Shown here: positions 47,720 to 59,816 of the stretch, piece by piece
How positions within the stretch are numbered: position 1 is the first letter of the stretch
How the letters are laid out: each line of letters starts with the position of its first letter
From: Mytilus edulis
Taxonomy: Eukaryota
Direction of reading: 5' to 3'
Assembly: GCF_963676685.1 (NCBI RefSeq)
Contig: NC_092346.1
Span: 9,300,001 to 9,364,000, forward strand
DNA length: 64,000 nucleotides
Made by a program: the position numbers and the translations under genes
The notes under the pieces: model-generated
Database searches by the model: none
Told to the model about the DNA's origin: nothing
Seen by the model: the letters and a program-made list of their open reading frames with translations, nothing else

Positions 47720-49462
47720 TCACCATATGCCGAATCCTGAAACCTGAACTGTATATAGTTTGGCCTCATTAGATTCATTGTTGTATATACCACACCCTAT
47801 GTATAATGTTCCTGTATTGTCAAATTCTAAAGAGAACGGTAACTGAATACCTAACTGATCCTTAGTGTACAGGTAATACAAACACTGTCCATAATAAGTG
47901 TCAATGATATGAATTATGTTATTGGTACTATCTGCAACTATAATATTGTCTGATTTTGTAGCAATTAAATCTTTAGGCGTGAATGTTCGTTGTTTGTTGA
48001 TGTGTTGATCACTATATACCCATCTTATTCCATTGGTTTTATTTAATGCAACTATTCTACCTTCGTAGTCTGCATTGAGACGATCTAGAACATAACAGTT
48101 ATTGTCATTGTCTGAAGTTATTCTTGCAGCAGCTGTAAAGATAGATTGCCCATTATTGTCTAAATGGTACACCTTTTCTTTCCTTCCAATCATATCCAAC
48201 ACAATGACCTGTCTAGGACCATTGGCTGGAAATGGTTCTCCATTTTCTCTAACCCCTACTATGATTTGGTTAGCTTTGGTTACATGAACAGCTAAGGTAA
48301 GAAGAGGTGCAAAGCTGAATATAGACCGTTTAATTTCTCCAGTAGCTTTAGAAAGTATTTGAAGAGCATCTGTCTTTGAAGATATCAGTAAATCCCCTGT
48401 CGGTAATAAAGCCATGCTAAATGCAAATGCTTTTAGTTTCTTAAGGATCTGTACCGGTTCTGATCCTTTCTTTAGTTGTATCTTCCGTAATTTATTAGTC
48501 ACACTGTTGTTTATCCACATAGTTCCATCTTCACAGCAAACTAAATTTTCTACAACTATGAATTTAGTTTTAAACTGCTGTAGCACTTGGAATTTAAATT
48601 TGTACTGTTCCTTATCTCCAAGCTCAGTCAATACTCCGTGTTGTGACATCAAAATTTGTTGTTTTCCTGGTACATATTGTGGCAATCCCTTAATCCTAGT
48701 GTTCACTGGTGCTATTCTCTGTTTACTGTCTGCTCTTAATTCTCTTTCCTGTTTGAATATGTTGAAAACTTCAGTTGCATTGTTTTGTTTTAGGGTGTGA
48801 TCTAGGCTCTCTCTCCGAATTTCTAAATCTTTTTTTAACTTCTTTGATCTATTTTCTTCATTTTGTACTGATTTCTTAAAATACTCCCTCCGGTGATCAA
48901 GTTTCATCAAAAGATTCTGTGTATGCATTTCAATTTCATTCTTTAAAGTTCTTTCCCTGTTCAGAATTTTCTGCTTCTCTGATTCATATAATGATTCTTC
49001 AGAGGTTTTCCTAATATCGAGTTTAGATAATCCTTTCTCAATTTGTAAAATGTTTTCTTCCACTTCCGTACGAAAGTTATTGACAGCTTCCAATGTCAAC
49101 TCATACTCTTTAGCTAATCCTATCATGTCGTGGGTGTTATGGGCTTGAAGAAAACATAAAGAACAGATAATTTCCTCACATGTCTTGCAAAACTGGCAAC
49201 AGTTTTGTCCATTATGAACACTACATGGAGTATTAATTATGTCTGGTTGATCATTGACGTCGTGTTGATATGTAGTTATGTCTTTAATGTCTATAATTAT
49301 ATGCTGGTCGGTAGATTTCACCTTCTGATGAAGTTGTTGACATTTTGTACACAAGAGAAAGTCACACTGTAAACATTTCCATTTGATCTCATTAGATTCC
49401 TCACACATCTGGCAGAGCATAGGAACTTGTCCACTCTGTAGAGAATTTGATAATGCCATCAT
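47720..49462 (-). CDS. RING-less TRIM-like protein B (B-box/B-box/coiled coil/NHL), 580 aa
   Basis: Intact ORF, highly similar to protein A with the same domain motifs. Confidence 0.92.
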   Translation of the reverse strand: MMALSNSLQSGQVPMLCQMCEESNEIKWKCLQCDFLLCTKCQQLHQKVKSTDQHIIIDIKDITTYQHDVNDQPDIINTPCSVHNGQNCCQFCKTCEEIICSLCFLQAHNTHDMIGLAKEYELTLEAVNNFRTEVEENILQIEKGLSKLDIRKTSEESLYESEKQKILNRERTLKNEIEMHTQNLLMKLDHRREYFKKSVQNEENRSKKLKKDLEIRRESLDHTLKQNNATEVFNIFKQERELRADSKQRIAPVNTRIKGLPQYVPGKQQILMSQHGVLTELGDKEQYKFKFQVLQQFKTKFIVVENLVCCEDGTMWINNSVTNKLRKIQLKKGSEPVQILKKLKAFAFSMALLPTGDLLISSKTDALQILSKATGEIKRSIFSFAPLLTLAVHVTKANQIIVGVRENGEPFPANGPRQVIVLDMIGRKEKVYHLDNNGQSIFTAAARITSDNDNNCYVLDRLNADYEGRIVALNKTNGIRWVYSDQHINKQRTFTPKDLIATKSDNIIVADSTNNIIHIIDTYYGQCLYYLYTKDQLGIQLPFSLEFDNTGTLYIGCGIYNNESNEAKLYTVQVSGFGIW

Positions 49463-51482
49463 GTGAATCTACGTTTAGAACATGTTGTTCACATTATACC
49501 TGGGAAATACTATCTCACATAATTATTCAAGACTATTAATAGTAACATCGTCATTATATAATATACTTTGTGTTTATGTTATATATCACTAATGGTGATT
49601 TAAAAACCTGATACAATGCATTTAAATAGATTAATCTTTTATACCTATAACATACTAACAGATCGATGACAATGAATTCAAATTTGAGGGGATACTGTTT
49701 AGACAGTCATTACCTCTTTTGTTACTACATACTATTTTCGTGGTGTATTTATTTTTACAAATTTTGCAGTTGTAAATTTACGTGAAGACAAATGCAGCTT
49801 GAATGGATGTAGTAACCTTTTGATAATTTTCATCGGAATTTACAGCTACTAGTATACACGTTGTACCTGGTTGCCCTTTACACAACCTCATGTAAACGGT
49901 GGTAGTGTTAAAAGACTAGTGATCCATACAAACAATCGATTTCTTTCCTTTTTGGATAAATTGAAGATTTCAATTGTATCTTTTACTGAGATTCTTTCTC
50001 TCTCTCTGCGATTTACTAAATCTGTTTTGATCTTCTGTGATCTTTTTTCTTCATCTTGCACTGATTTCTTATGAAAATATTTTCTTTAGAAAATCCCTTC
50101 ATTGGTCAAGTTCTATCAAAAGACTGATGAAACAACGAAACAGACATTAACAGCACTTATATATGAATAAGACGATGTAGTATGACTGCTAATGAGACAA
50201 ATCTTCTCTGTTATATTCGTGTGTTATGGTAAAGACAATCAATCACCCCCTTTATTTATTAGATTTTAAGTTTGGTTCAACGAAATCTATACGATATATT
50301 TGGTTAACAGTTTGATTCAGAAGAAACACCGACATAGCTAGATAATACAATTAATTATCTAATTACTACCACAATTTCATATTAATAAGTATTGTAATTT
50401 TCATTATTATTGATAAATGGAATATCAGTGAAACAAATCTAATTTTAACATACTTAAATCAATCCTAATTCTATCTTATTTTTGGGAAATATTTTTACAA
50501 ATTAAAATGTGTCGTCACTTTGTATGTTTTTTTTTAGAATTTCAAATGTGATGTCACTTTGTGCGTTGAGGCTTTGGCTAACTCGGCTGTATATTTTTAT
50601 GTGCTGTATGGATTGTTTTATGTAATGTGTCTGTTTCATCATGTATATCTATTATACAGTCATTTTTTTTAAAGAAATTTACTGTTTGCAAAAGTATGAA
50701 TTATTCTAAATAATAAGGATGTTCTTATCCCAGGCAGACAACCCTGGCCGTATTGGGCACACTATTTTGGAACTTTTGGTCCTCAGCGCTCTTAAATTTT
50801 GTACTGGTTTTGGCTTTCGAACTTTTTTCATCCGAGGGTCATTACTTAGTCTTGTGTGGACGAAACGCACGTCTGGCGTATTCAATTTTAAAACTAGTAC
50901 CTTTTGTTCGCTATTATTCGTGTGTTTTTTGTCCTATATGTTCTCTCATTTATTTATATTGTAGTCTTGTCATGTAATGTTGTAATTTTAATGTTCTATT
51001 TAACATTGCCATACAAGCGGGAGATTTGGCATGCCACAAATCCTGGTTCAACCAACCATTTTTTCTTGAAATGTCCTGTACCAAGTTAGGAAAATGGCCA
51101 TTGTTATATTATAGTTCGTTTATGTGTGTGTTACATTTTAATGTTGTGTTTCTGTTGTGTCGTTGTTCTCCTCTTATATTTGATGCGTTTCCCTCAGTTT
51201 TAGTTTGTAACAAGGATTTGGTTTTTTCTCTATCGATTTATGAGTTTCGAACAGCGGTATACTACTGTCAAAGTCACAATGTTAAAATGTAAAAAGTAAA
51301 CTAGTAGACAAAAAATTAAATTAATAGTCAAATGTTGATGAATTATCAAGAATGCCTATCTTCAAAGATAAAGAAGTTAAACGGACTATACCCTTTATTT
51401 CCTATTATTCATTCAAAAAGGAAAAACCTTTCCATATGTCTGCTTTATTAACTTTCCTATAGACACAAACCACCTCCTTTAT

Positions 51483-52162
51483 TTGCATTGTTCCGACTAA
51501 GGGAATAACTTGAACTCTCTTTTCGATTTTCTAAATCTTTTTTTATCTTCTCCGACCTGTTTTTGTTATTCTGAACTGATGTCATTAGAAGATCCCTTCA
51601 GTGATCATGTTTAGTCAAAAGATTATGTGTATGCTTTTCAACTTCATTCTTTAAAACTCTTTCCCGTTTCAGAATTTTTGGCCTCTCTGTTTCATATTTT
51701 GATATTTAAGATGATTCCTTTAAATCCAGTCTAGATAATACCTTCTCGGTTTATTAAATGGTTTCTTCAACTTCAGAATGAAAATTTTTGATAGCTTTCA
51801 ATGTATCCTTCTATCCTTCATCTAATTTTGTCATTTTATGTTTGTCATGAGTTTTAAGAATACATAAAGCGCAGATCACTTCTTCACATGTCTGGCAAAA
51901 CAGGCAACAGTTTTGTCCTTTATGAACACTACATGGAATATTATTTATGTCTGGTTGATCATTGACTTCTTGTACAAATGTCCTTTATGCCTATGCTGGT
52001 ATGAAGGTCTGTAGATTTCACTTTCTTGTGAAGTTTTTGAAAATTTGTACACACGAGAAAGTCACACTGTATACATTCCCATTTGATTTCATTAGATTCC
52101 TCACACATCTGACAGAGCATTGGAATTGGTCCCCTCTGAAGAGAATTTGATAATGCCATCAT
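51483..52162 (-). pseudogene. TRIM-like pseudogene, B-box plus coiled-coil half
   Basis: MMALSNSLQRGPIPMLCQMCEESNEIKWECIQCDF; frameshift near 51980, stops, truncated at the copy B boundary. Confidence 0.88.
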
Positions 52163-52737
52163 GTAGATCTAAGTCTAGAAATTTTGACTTTTTGTCCTCA
52201 TTATAACTGGAAAATACCATCGGACATGATTGTTCAAGTATTTACAGTACAGTATCATTTGAAAACCTGATACCAGTCCTATCAATAAAATAATCTTTTA
52301 TATACAATATACAAACAGGGAACAATAAGTGAAAATTTGAGGACCACTTTGTAAAACAGGATATTACTACTCAGACATGTCCTTTTGTTTATATCCTGTG
52401 ATAAATCTATCATCCTGAGGTTACATTTTTCTCACACGGACGACTTTCCAGTAAAAGATATTAGTTACTGATAGTCTAATACACACATGTATTATACTCC
52501 TAGGCAAATCTGTTGGGAGTTTTATTCCACTTATAATATTTGATTGACAGTACTTGTAGAGATTTTTTTTGCTCTTCCTTTTTCCTTATATACATCGTTT
52601 TATATGGCTATTTTTTATTTCCCCAAACCTTTCTGAAAAGGGGAACAAACAAAACACTTTTCCCTAGTGAGAAACGTGTCAATAAACAGCAGACATCATC
52701 TTCTAGGAAAATCAACCTTTAAAAATGGTTGTCATTG

Positions 52738-53260
52738 TTAGCTCACCTGAGAGGTCAAGTGAGCTTTCTCATCGCTTGGCGTCCGTCGTCCGTTTACTTT
52801 TCCAAAAATTTTCTCTGAAACCAGTGGGATAAATGGCCACCATAGCTAAAAATAGAACAAAGGGGGTAAATGCAGTTTTTGGCTTGTATTTCTGAAACTA
52901 AAGCATTAAGAGTAAAATTTTACATTGGATTAAAATGTTCATCAGGTTTAGATCTATCTGCCTGAAAGTTTTTGTCATCTTTTACCAAAATCTTCTCCTC
53001 TATATAGACATATTTAACCAAACTTGGCCACAATCATCATTGGTGTAACTACTCTATAAAATGTGTACAACGATTCCGCCTGCCAACCAACATGGCCACC
53101 GTGGCCAAAAATAGAACATAGGGGGTAAATGCAGTTGTTGGCTCATATTTTGACATGGGGTAAACATGTTCATCAGGTTTATATCCATCAATAAAATTTT
53201 CAGACAAATCACACAACCTGTTGCTGGGTTGCTTCTCCTAGTAATTTTAAGGAAATTTTG
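52738..53260 (+). mobile_element. Dispersed repeat with internal tandem subunits (relatives ~28150-28560 and ~54350-54760)
   Basis: ttagctcacctg head; repeated aaaatagaaca..ggggtaaatgcagttt.tggct block. Confidence 0.55.
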
Positions 53261-53374
53261 CTGTTTTTATACTACTGCAAAAAAATTTTGCGGTCTTGTA
53301 TTTGTATCACGTTGTTGTCGTTTGCCTTGTCCGAAGACATGTGGTTTCCGGACAATAACTTAAGCAGGAGTTAA

Positions 53375-53966
53375 GGTGGTATGGGTGTCTTCCTCCATCT
53401 TGGATTGTAAAAAACAGAGAACCAAAGGTCCATATTTTCTATCAAGTTAGCAAAATGGGATGCAGGAATGCAGATATTTAATGTGATTTTCATTTAAAAG
53501 AACCAATTTATAAGAATATAACTTACAAATATTAATATTTTTGCAAATGTTGATTAGTTTTGGTTGTTTTTAATTTTTTTTAAAATTGGCATTTCAAGGG
53601 GAGGTAACTCTAAAACAATGCATTTTCTGAAGGATTCTACATGAAATTTTCCTATTTTGTATTTTAGCCGGAAAAAACGTACTGTGACCCTATCTTTTCT
53701 TTTGATATTCTCAAAGCATTGTCTGAAAGCTATCTTTTCCTTAAGTATTTAACAATTCTATCATTTTGTTTAGTTTCTAATCACAAAATGGTGTTTTTTC
53801 CTGTATAATCCATACAAAATGTGTTATTTTGTCACGTCCTGTAGCTTGAGAAAATGCACGGTGACCTATCATTTTTATTATATTTTTTAACATATATCAA
53901 TAGATACTACGTTTTGGCAAAGTATGAACAAATTCTATCATTTTTATTTTAGACTCCCATACCACC
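53375..53966. mobile_element. Kolobok-like MITE, copy 2
   Basis: TTAA TSD, same TIR and body as 15605-16197. Confidence 0.85.
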
Positions 53967-55084
53967 TTAATAGAAATTTATTAAAATTTAAACACAAGGT
54001 TTATAACCACAAAAGGAAGGTTGGGATTGATTTTTGGGGTTATGGTCTCAACAGCCTAAGAATAAGGGGCCAAAAAGGACACAAAATAAGCATTTTTCTA
54101 GTTTCAAGACAATAACTTGTGAAACTGTATGAATCTCTGAATTTATACCACAAATCCTTACCACAAAGAGATATCAGGAACCTATTATGTGTCAAATATT
54201 TTATTACAATCCAAATTCTAACCTGTATCAAGCGCGAATATTGTGTTCATTTTTGCCCAAACTGTTCATGGTTGGAACTCTGCGGATTGTATCCAGCTGC
54301 GCTCAGCGAAGCACTTTATTGTTATTATCTTGAATGTTATTATAGATAAAGATAAACTGTAATCAGCAATAATGTTAAGCACAGTAAAATCTACAAATAA
54401 GTCAACATGACCAAAATTGTCCCCTTAAGCAGTTATTGCCCTTTATAGTCAATTTTAAACCATTTTTCACAAGTTTTTGTCATCTTTTACTGAAATCTTC
54501 TCCTGAAACTATATAGGAAAATTATCCCAAACTTGGCCACAATCATCATTATGATATCATTATAGTATTTAGTTTTAAAACAAAATGTGTCCAATGACCA
54601 GGCCAGCCAACTAACATTGCCGGCATAGCTTAAAATAGAACAAAGGGGTTAAATGCAGTTTTTGGCTTATATTTCTGAAACTAACGCATTTAAAGCAAAT
54701 CTGACCTGGGTAAAATGTTTATCAGGTTAAGATCTATCTGCCTTGAAAATAACCCTGCCATCCAACCAGCAATACCCTACGAGTTATATATAAATTATAC
54801 TAGAATAAAATGCTTACTTAATCTTTAACTTGTCATGAGGTAAACTTTATAACAAATATCTAGTCGACAGCATTATGTATTGCACAAACTAAAAAAAAAA
54901 CGGGTTAAAAATATATTTTTTTGGGGGGAAATTCATTTCGCATCAGCAAAGTGTTTTGCACAAAAGCAAAAAAAAATAATATAAAATTATAACCAATTTG
55001 CAGTTCTTTGACTACAGTTATTCTGTGTCAGAAACCTATTATGTGTCAAAATGTTAATTACAATCCAAATTCAGACCTGTATCA

Positions 55085-55380
55085 AAAAAAAGTAAAATCA
55101 CAAAAATACTGAATAAAATATAATCACATGGCAATTTCAAATAACAAAACGCATCAAAAACGAATGGACAAGAACTGTCATATTCCTGACTTGGTACAGG
55201 CATTTTCAAATGTAGAAAATGGTGGATTTTACCTGGTTTTATAGCGCTAACTCTCTCACTTTGATGACAGTCTCATCAAATTCCGTTATATTTGCATTGA
55301 TGTGTTAACTAAATAGACACAGTAACAGTAAATAAGTAGTCAAAATATGGGTACATCAGTCATCATTGTATAACAATTTT
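55085..55380 (+). mobile_element. Dispersed repeat with aaaaagtaaaatcacaaaaatactgaa head, inserted in copy C
   Basis: Absent at the matching site in copy A (~28875); relatives at 21663, 24443, 31432-31567 (-), 36754. Confidence 0.6.
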
Positions 55381-55586
55381 TACAAACGTAACTATTGTGT
55401 CCATTTTGACCCCAACTTTTCAGGGTTGGACATCTGCGGTCGTATCTAGTTGCGTTCAGCGAAGTAATTTATTTTTTCATCTGAATTTCTTACTAATCAG
55501 CAATAGAATAAATTTATTTGGTATATGAGTTCCTCGCAAGGTTTACATGTCCGTCATTTGGCCTTTTTAGCTTTTATTGGATTCGA

Positions 55587-55709
55587 GCGTCACTGATGAG
55601 TCTTTTGTGAACAAACAAACGTCTGGCGTAAATATTTATCAAAGGTACCAGGATTATAATTTAGTACGCCAGACGCGCGTTTCTTCTACATAAGACTCAT
55701 CAGTGACGC
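55587..55709. ncRNA. Inverted pair of hammerhead motifs; minus-strand copy 55666-55709 nearly intact
   Basis: Minus strand GCGUCA-CUGAUGA-GUCUUAUGUAGAA-GAAA-CGCGCG-UC-UGGCGU; only the stem II closing pair is mismatched. Confidence 0.65.
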
Positions 55710-58073
55710 TCATATCAAAATGGTTATAAAGCCAAACAAGTACAAAATTGAAGAGCATTCAGGATCCAAATTTCCAAAATACAAAATGTAATCCTTGTAT
55801 CTATGATTAGTTTATTATCATACAATTGACCCTGACTTCAATAGTAGGTATTTTGAATAGTTTGGTTTGTTTCTTAGATGCTATAAAAGAGAGGGGAAAG
55901 ATACGAAAAGGGCATTAAAACTCATAAAGTCGGAAATAAACCGACAAAGCCATGGCTAATAAAAAAAAATAAATAACAAGTATACAAAACAACATTTATG
56001 CAATTGTTCAACTATATTTGGTGTATCAAATGATTGTATGGTATATAGGTTTGTTTCACAGGCTTTATTAGAACTTGACCTCCAAGTCCTGGATCATCAA
56101 TTAATGTTAATTCTATGGAATGCATTTTTAAGACTTTCAACATACAACCAATCATAGTCGGTAAAACAGGCCAGACATTTCAGTATGTCCACTATTGTTA
56201 TCTGTCAATCCATTCGATATGAAATGATTTTGATCATGTTGATATTTTTGGTGAGAGTACAGCTAGAAATTTTTATGACATTTTCGGCCAGTGTCGTACA
56301 GATGTTATATCCAAAATAGCCATTTCATAGATTCTGCTTTTTAATATATTTTTCATGCATTTCATTTTGTTTCTGTGAGTCATGGTTGCAATTGCTGGGG
56401 ATGCATAACGTCAGGGTACACAAGTTGTACCTATTTATAAAATAAAAAGCAGCTTTCCTACAGACAAAACAATTTGTATTTTTATAATATTATACTTTGC
56501 ACGTCTTTCAACATAGGTAAATATATTTAAATATACACAAAACGTTCAGTATCTATCTACAGATTAAGTGTTTACTGAAAAAGTAAAATGTACGGAAAAG
56601 TCGCCTTGCGACGTCATCAAAACGTCATCTTTTTACAATTAGTAAATAAATTATGTTACAAGCATCCACGTCTTAAAACATGAAGAGTTAGTATATACTA
56701 ATATCCAATTGAACATTATATTTAAGGAAAGTAAACAAAGATTGGTAATTCGACTTTTGATAAGCATGGATGCAATGTGTGTACTCCTCATTAAGAATCA
56801 TTGATCACAGACCAATTTGTCAATGATTCGATATGGATTCAATATTGAATTGGTTGAAATATATAGTGAATATTGATATATCTACAAAATAAACAAGTAA
56901 AGGAAACTTTTGTCTGGAGCATAAATAAAATGTAGGTGCAATTTGGGTACCCTCACGTTACATAACAAGAGATGCTTAGATTGTAAACGTACACAGTCAT
57001 GCTATTTTTAAAGGTTCTTTTTATTTCCTGAGATTTGATCTTGATCTGTCTTCATAAAATTGAGAATGGAAATGGGGAATGTGTCAAAGAGACAACAACC
57101 CGACAATAGAAAAAACAACAGCAGAAGGTCACCAACAGGTCTTCAATGTAGCGAGAAATTCCCGCACCCGTAGGCGTCCCTCAGCTGGCCCCTAAACAAA
57201 TATATACTGGTTCAGTGATAATGAACGCCATACTAATTTCCAAATTGTACACAAGAAACTTACTGATTGGTAAGCTTCAAACATTGGTAAAATTCTGTTG
57301 ATTTAATCTATTAATGCAAAATATATAGATCCGTTTTACATTCTGAAAACATTATTGGTGTGAAAATATTTCTTGTTCTGTGAATGAAAATGTACATCAA
57401 CCAGTTATAACAAAAGATCTTTGATCTAAAGGTCAACTCATGGTCTTTAAAAAAAACAATTATATGATACGTCAATCACAGACTTGCCCAAATTTCTTTA
57501 GTTGATTCAAATGACACTTTTTAAGATAGTTGTTCGGTTGTAGCTTTAAAATAAACCAAACAATTATTATTACATGTATAAAAATAGAATATGATAATAA
57601 TGTAGGTAAATTATGAATTTGTTTTCATGTTTTAGTTACAAGCTTAGGTTTGTGTTTGGGAATAATCAAAATCAGAATCCAGAGAAATGAATGGTATATA
57701 TTGTGACTTTGTCAGTTTTGATTCTGTATTTGTATGTACTAGAGTAAAGCTATTTACCATATTCCCTGTGTATCCCAAACTCTATCTGACCGACAAAATG
57801 TCACACAATTTAATCGTAAGGTCAGACAGAAGTTTTTAGATTTTTTTATTAGAATATATAGTTGAAAAGATCGAATTTCTTTTTCACTCCGATAAACCGT
57901 TACGCTAATTCAGTTTTGCACAGACTGCATATACCTGTAATAACAATGTAACTAAGTGTTCAAGTAATGAATGAACTGAAGTGTTCAAGTAATGAATGAA
58001 CTGAAGTGTTCATGTGAATGTCAACTTCTTTAATTATTAAATGATTTCATTTTAAATACACAAATTACTAGAA

Positions 58074-59816
58074 TCACCATATGCCGAATCCTGAAACCTG
58101 TACTGTATATAGTTTGGCCTCAACAGATCCATTTATGAATGTACCACACCCTATGTATAATGTTCCTGTATTGTCAAAGTCTAAAGAGAACGGTAACTGA
58201 ATACCTAACTGATCCTTAGTGTACAGGTAATACAAACACTGTCCATAATAAGTGTCAATGATATGAATTATGTGATGGGTACTATCTGCAACTATAATAT
58301 TGTCTGATTTTGTAGCCACTAAATCTTTAGGCGTGAATGTTCGTTGTATGTTGATGTGTTGATCACTATATACCCATCTTATTCCATTGGTTTTATTTAA
58401 TGCAACTATTCTACCATCGTAGTCTGCATTGAGACGATCTAGAACATAACAGTTATTGTCATTGTCTGAAGTTATTCTTGCAGGAGCTGTAAAGATAGAT
58501 TGCCCATTATTGTCTAAATGGTACACCTTTTCTTTCCTTCCATTCATATCCAACACAATGACCTGTCTAGGACCATTGACTGGAAATGGTTCTCCATTTT
58601 CTCTAACCCCTACTATGATTTGGTTAGCTTTGGTTACATGAACAGCTAAGGTTAGAAGAGGTGCAAAGCTGAATATAGACCGTTTAATTTCTCCAGTAGC
58701 CTTAGAAAGTATTTGCAGAGCATCTGTCTTTGAAGATATCAATAAATCCCCTGTCGGTAATAAAGCCATGCTATATGCAAATGCTTTTAGTTTCTTAAGG
58801 ATCTGTACCGGTTCTGATCCTTTCTTTAATTGTATCTTTCGTAATTTATTAGTCATACTGTTGTTTATCCACATAGTTCCATCTTCACAGCAAACTAAAT
58901 TATTTACAATTATGAATTTAGTTTTAAACTGCTGTAGCACTTGGAAATTAAATTTGTACTGTTCCTTATCTCCAAGCTCAGTCAATACTCCGTGTTGTGA
59001 CATCAAAATTGGTTGTTTTCCTGGTACATATTGTGGCAATCCCTTCATCATACTGTTCGCTGGTGCCATTCTCTGTTTACTGTCTGCTCTTAGTTGTCTT
59101 TCCTGTTTGAATATGTTGAAAACTTCAGTTGCATTGTTTTGTTTTAGGGTGTGATCTAGGCTCTCTCTCCGAATTTCTAAATCTTTTTTTAACTTTTTTG
59201 ATCTATTTTCTTCATTTTGTACTGCTTTCTTAAAATACTCCCTCCGGTGATCAAGTTTCATCAAAAGATTATGTGTATGCATTTCAACTTCATTCTTTAA
59301 AACTCTTTCCCTGTTCAGAATTTTCTGCTTCTCTGATTCATATAATGATTCTTCAGAGGTTTTCCTAATATCTAGTTTAGATAATCCTTTCTCAATTTGT
59401 AAAATGTTTTCTTCAACTTCAGTATGAAAGTTATTGACAGCTTTCAATGTCAACTCATATTCTTTAGCTAATCCTATCATGTCGTGGGTGTTATGGGCTT
59501 GAAGAAAACATAAAGGACAGATAATTTCCTCACATGTCTTGCAAAACTGGCAACAGTTTTGTCCATTATGAGCACTACATGGAATATTAATTATGCCTGG
59601 TTGATCATTGACTTCTTGTTGATATGTAGTTATGTCTTTAATGTCTATAATTATATGCTGGTCGGTAGATTTCACTTTCTGATGAAGTTGTTGACATTTT
59701 GTACACAAGAGAAAGTCACACTGTAAACATTTCCATTTGATCTCATTAGATTCCTCACACATCTGGCAGAGCATAGGAACTTGTCCACTCTGTAGAGAAT
59801 TTGATAATGCCATCAT
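58074..59816 (-). CDS. RING-less TRIM-like protein C (B-box/B-box/coiled coil/NHL), 580 aa
   Basis: Intact ORF paralogous to A and B. Confidence 0.92.
   Translation of the reverse strand: MMALSNSLQSGQVPMLCQMCEESNEIKWKCLQCDFLLCTKCQQLHQKVKSTDQHIIIDIKDITTYQQEVNDQPGIINIPCSAHNGQNCCQFCKTCEEIICPLCFLQAHNTHDMIGLAKEYELTLKAVNNFHTEVEENILQIEKGLSKLDIRKTSEESLYESEKQKILNRERVLKNEVEMHTHNLLMKLDHRREYFKKAVQNEENRSKKLKKDLEIRRESLDHTLKQNNATEVFNIFKQERQLRADSKQRMAPANSMMKGLPQYVPGKQPILMSQHGVLTELGDKEQYKFNFQVLQQFKTKFIIVNNLVCCEDGTMWINNSMTNKLRKIQLKKGSEPVQILKKLKAFAYSMALLPTGDLLISSKTDALQILSKATGEIKRSIFSFAPLLTLAVHVTKANQIIVGVRENGEPFPVNGPRQVIVLDMNGRKEKVYHLDNNGQSIFTAPARITSDNDNNCYVLDRLNADYDGRIVALNKTNGIRWVYSDQHINIQRTFTPKDLVATKSDNIIVADSTHHIIHIIDTYYGQCLYYLYTKDQLGIQLPFSLDFDNTGTLYIGCGTFINGSVEAKLYTVQVSGFGIW

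Larger units (their letters stand above)
45261..51480. repeat. Segmental duplication copy B
   Basis: Colinear with 28976-35872. Confidence 0.9.

Noticed and set aside
42460-52162. Two pseudogene halves as one gene split by insertion of copy B
   Set aside because: Both contain the same coiled-coil segment with different sequences, so they come from different paralogs
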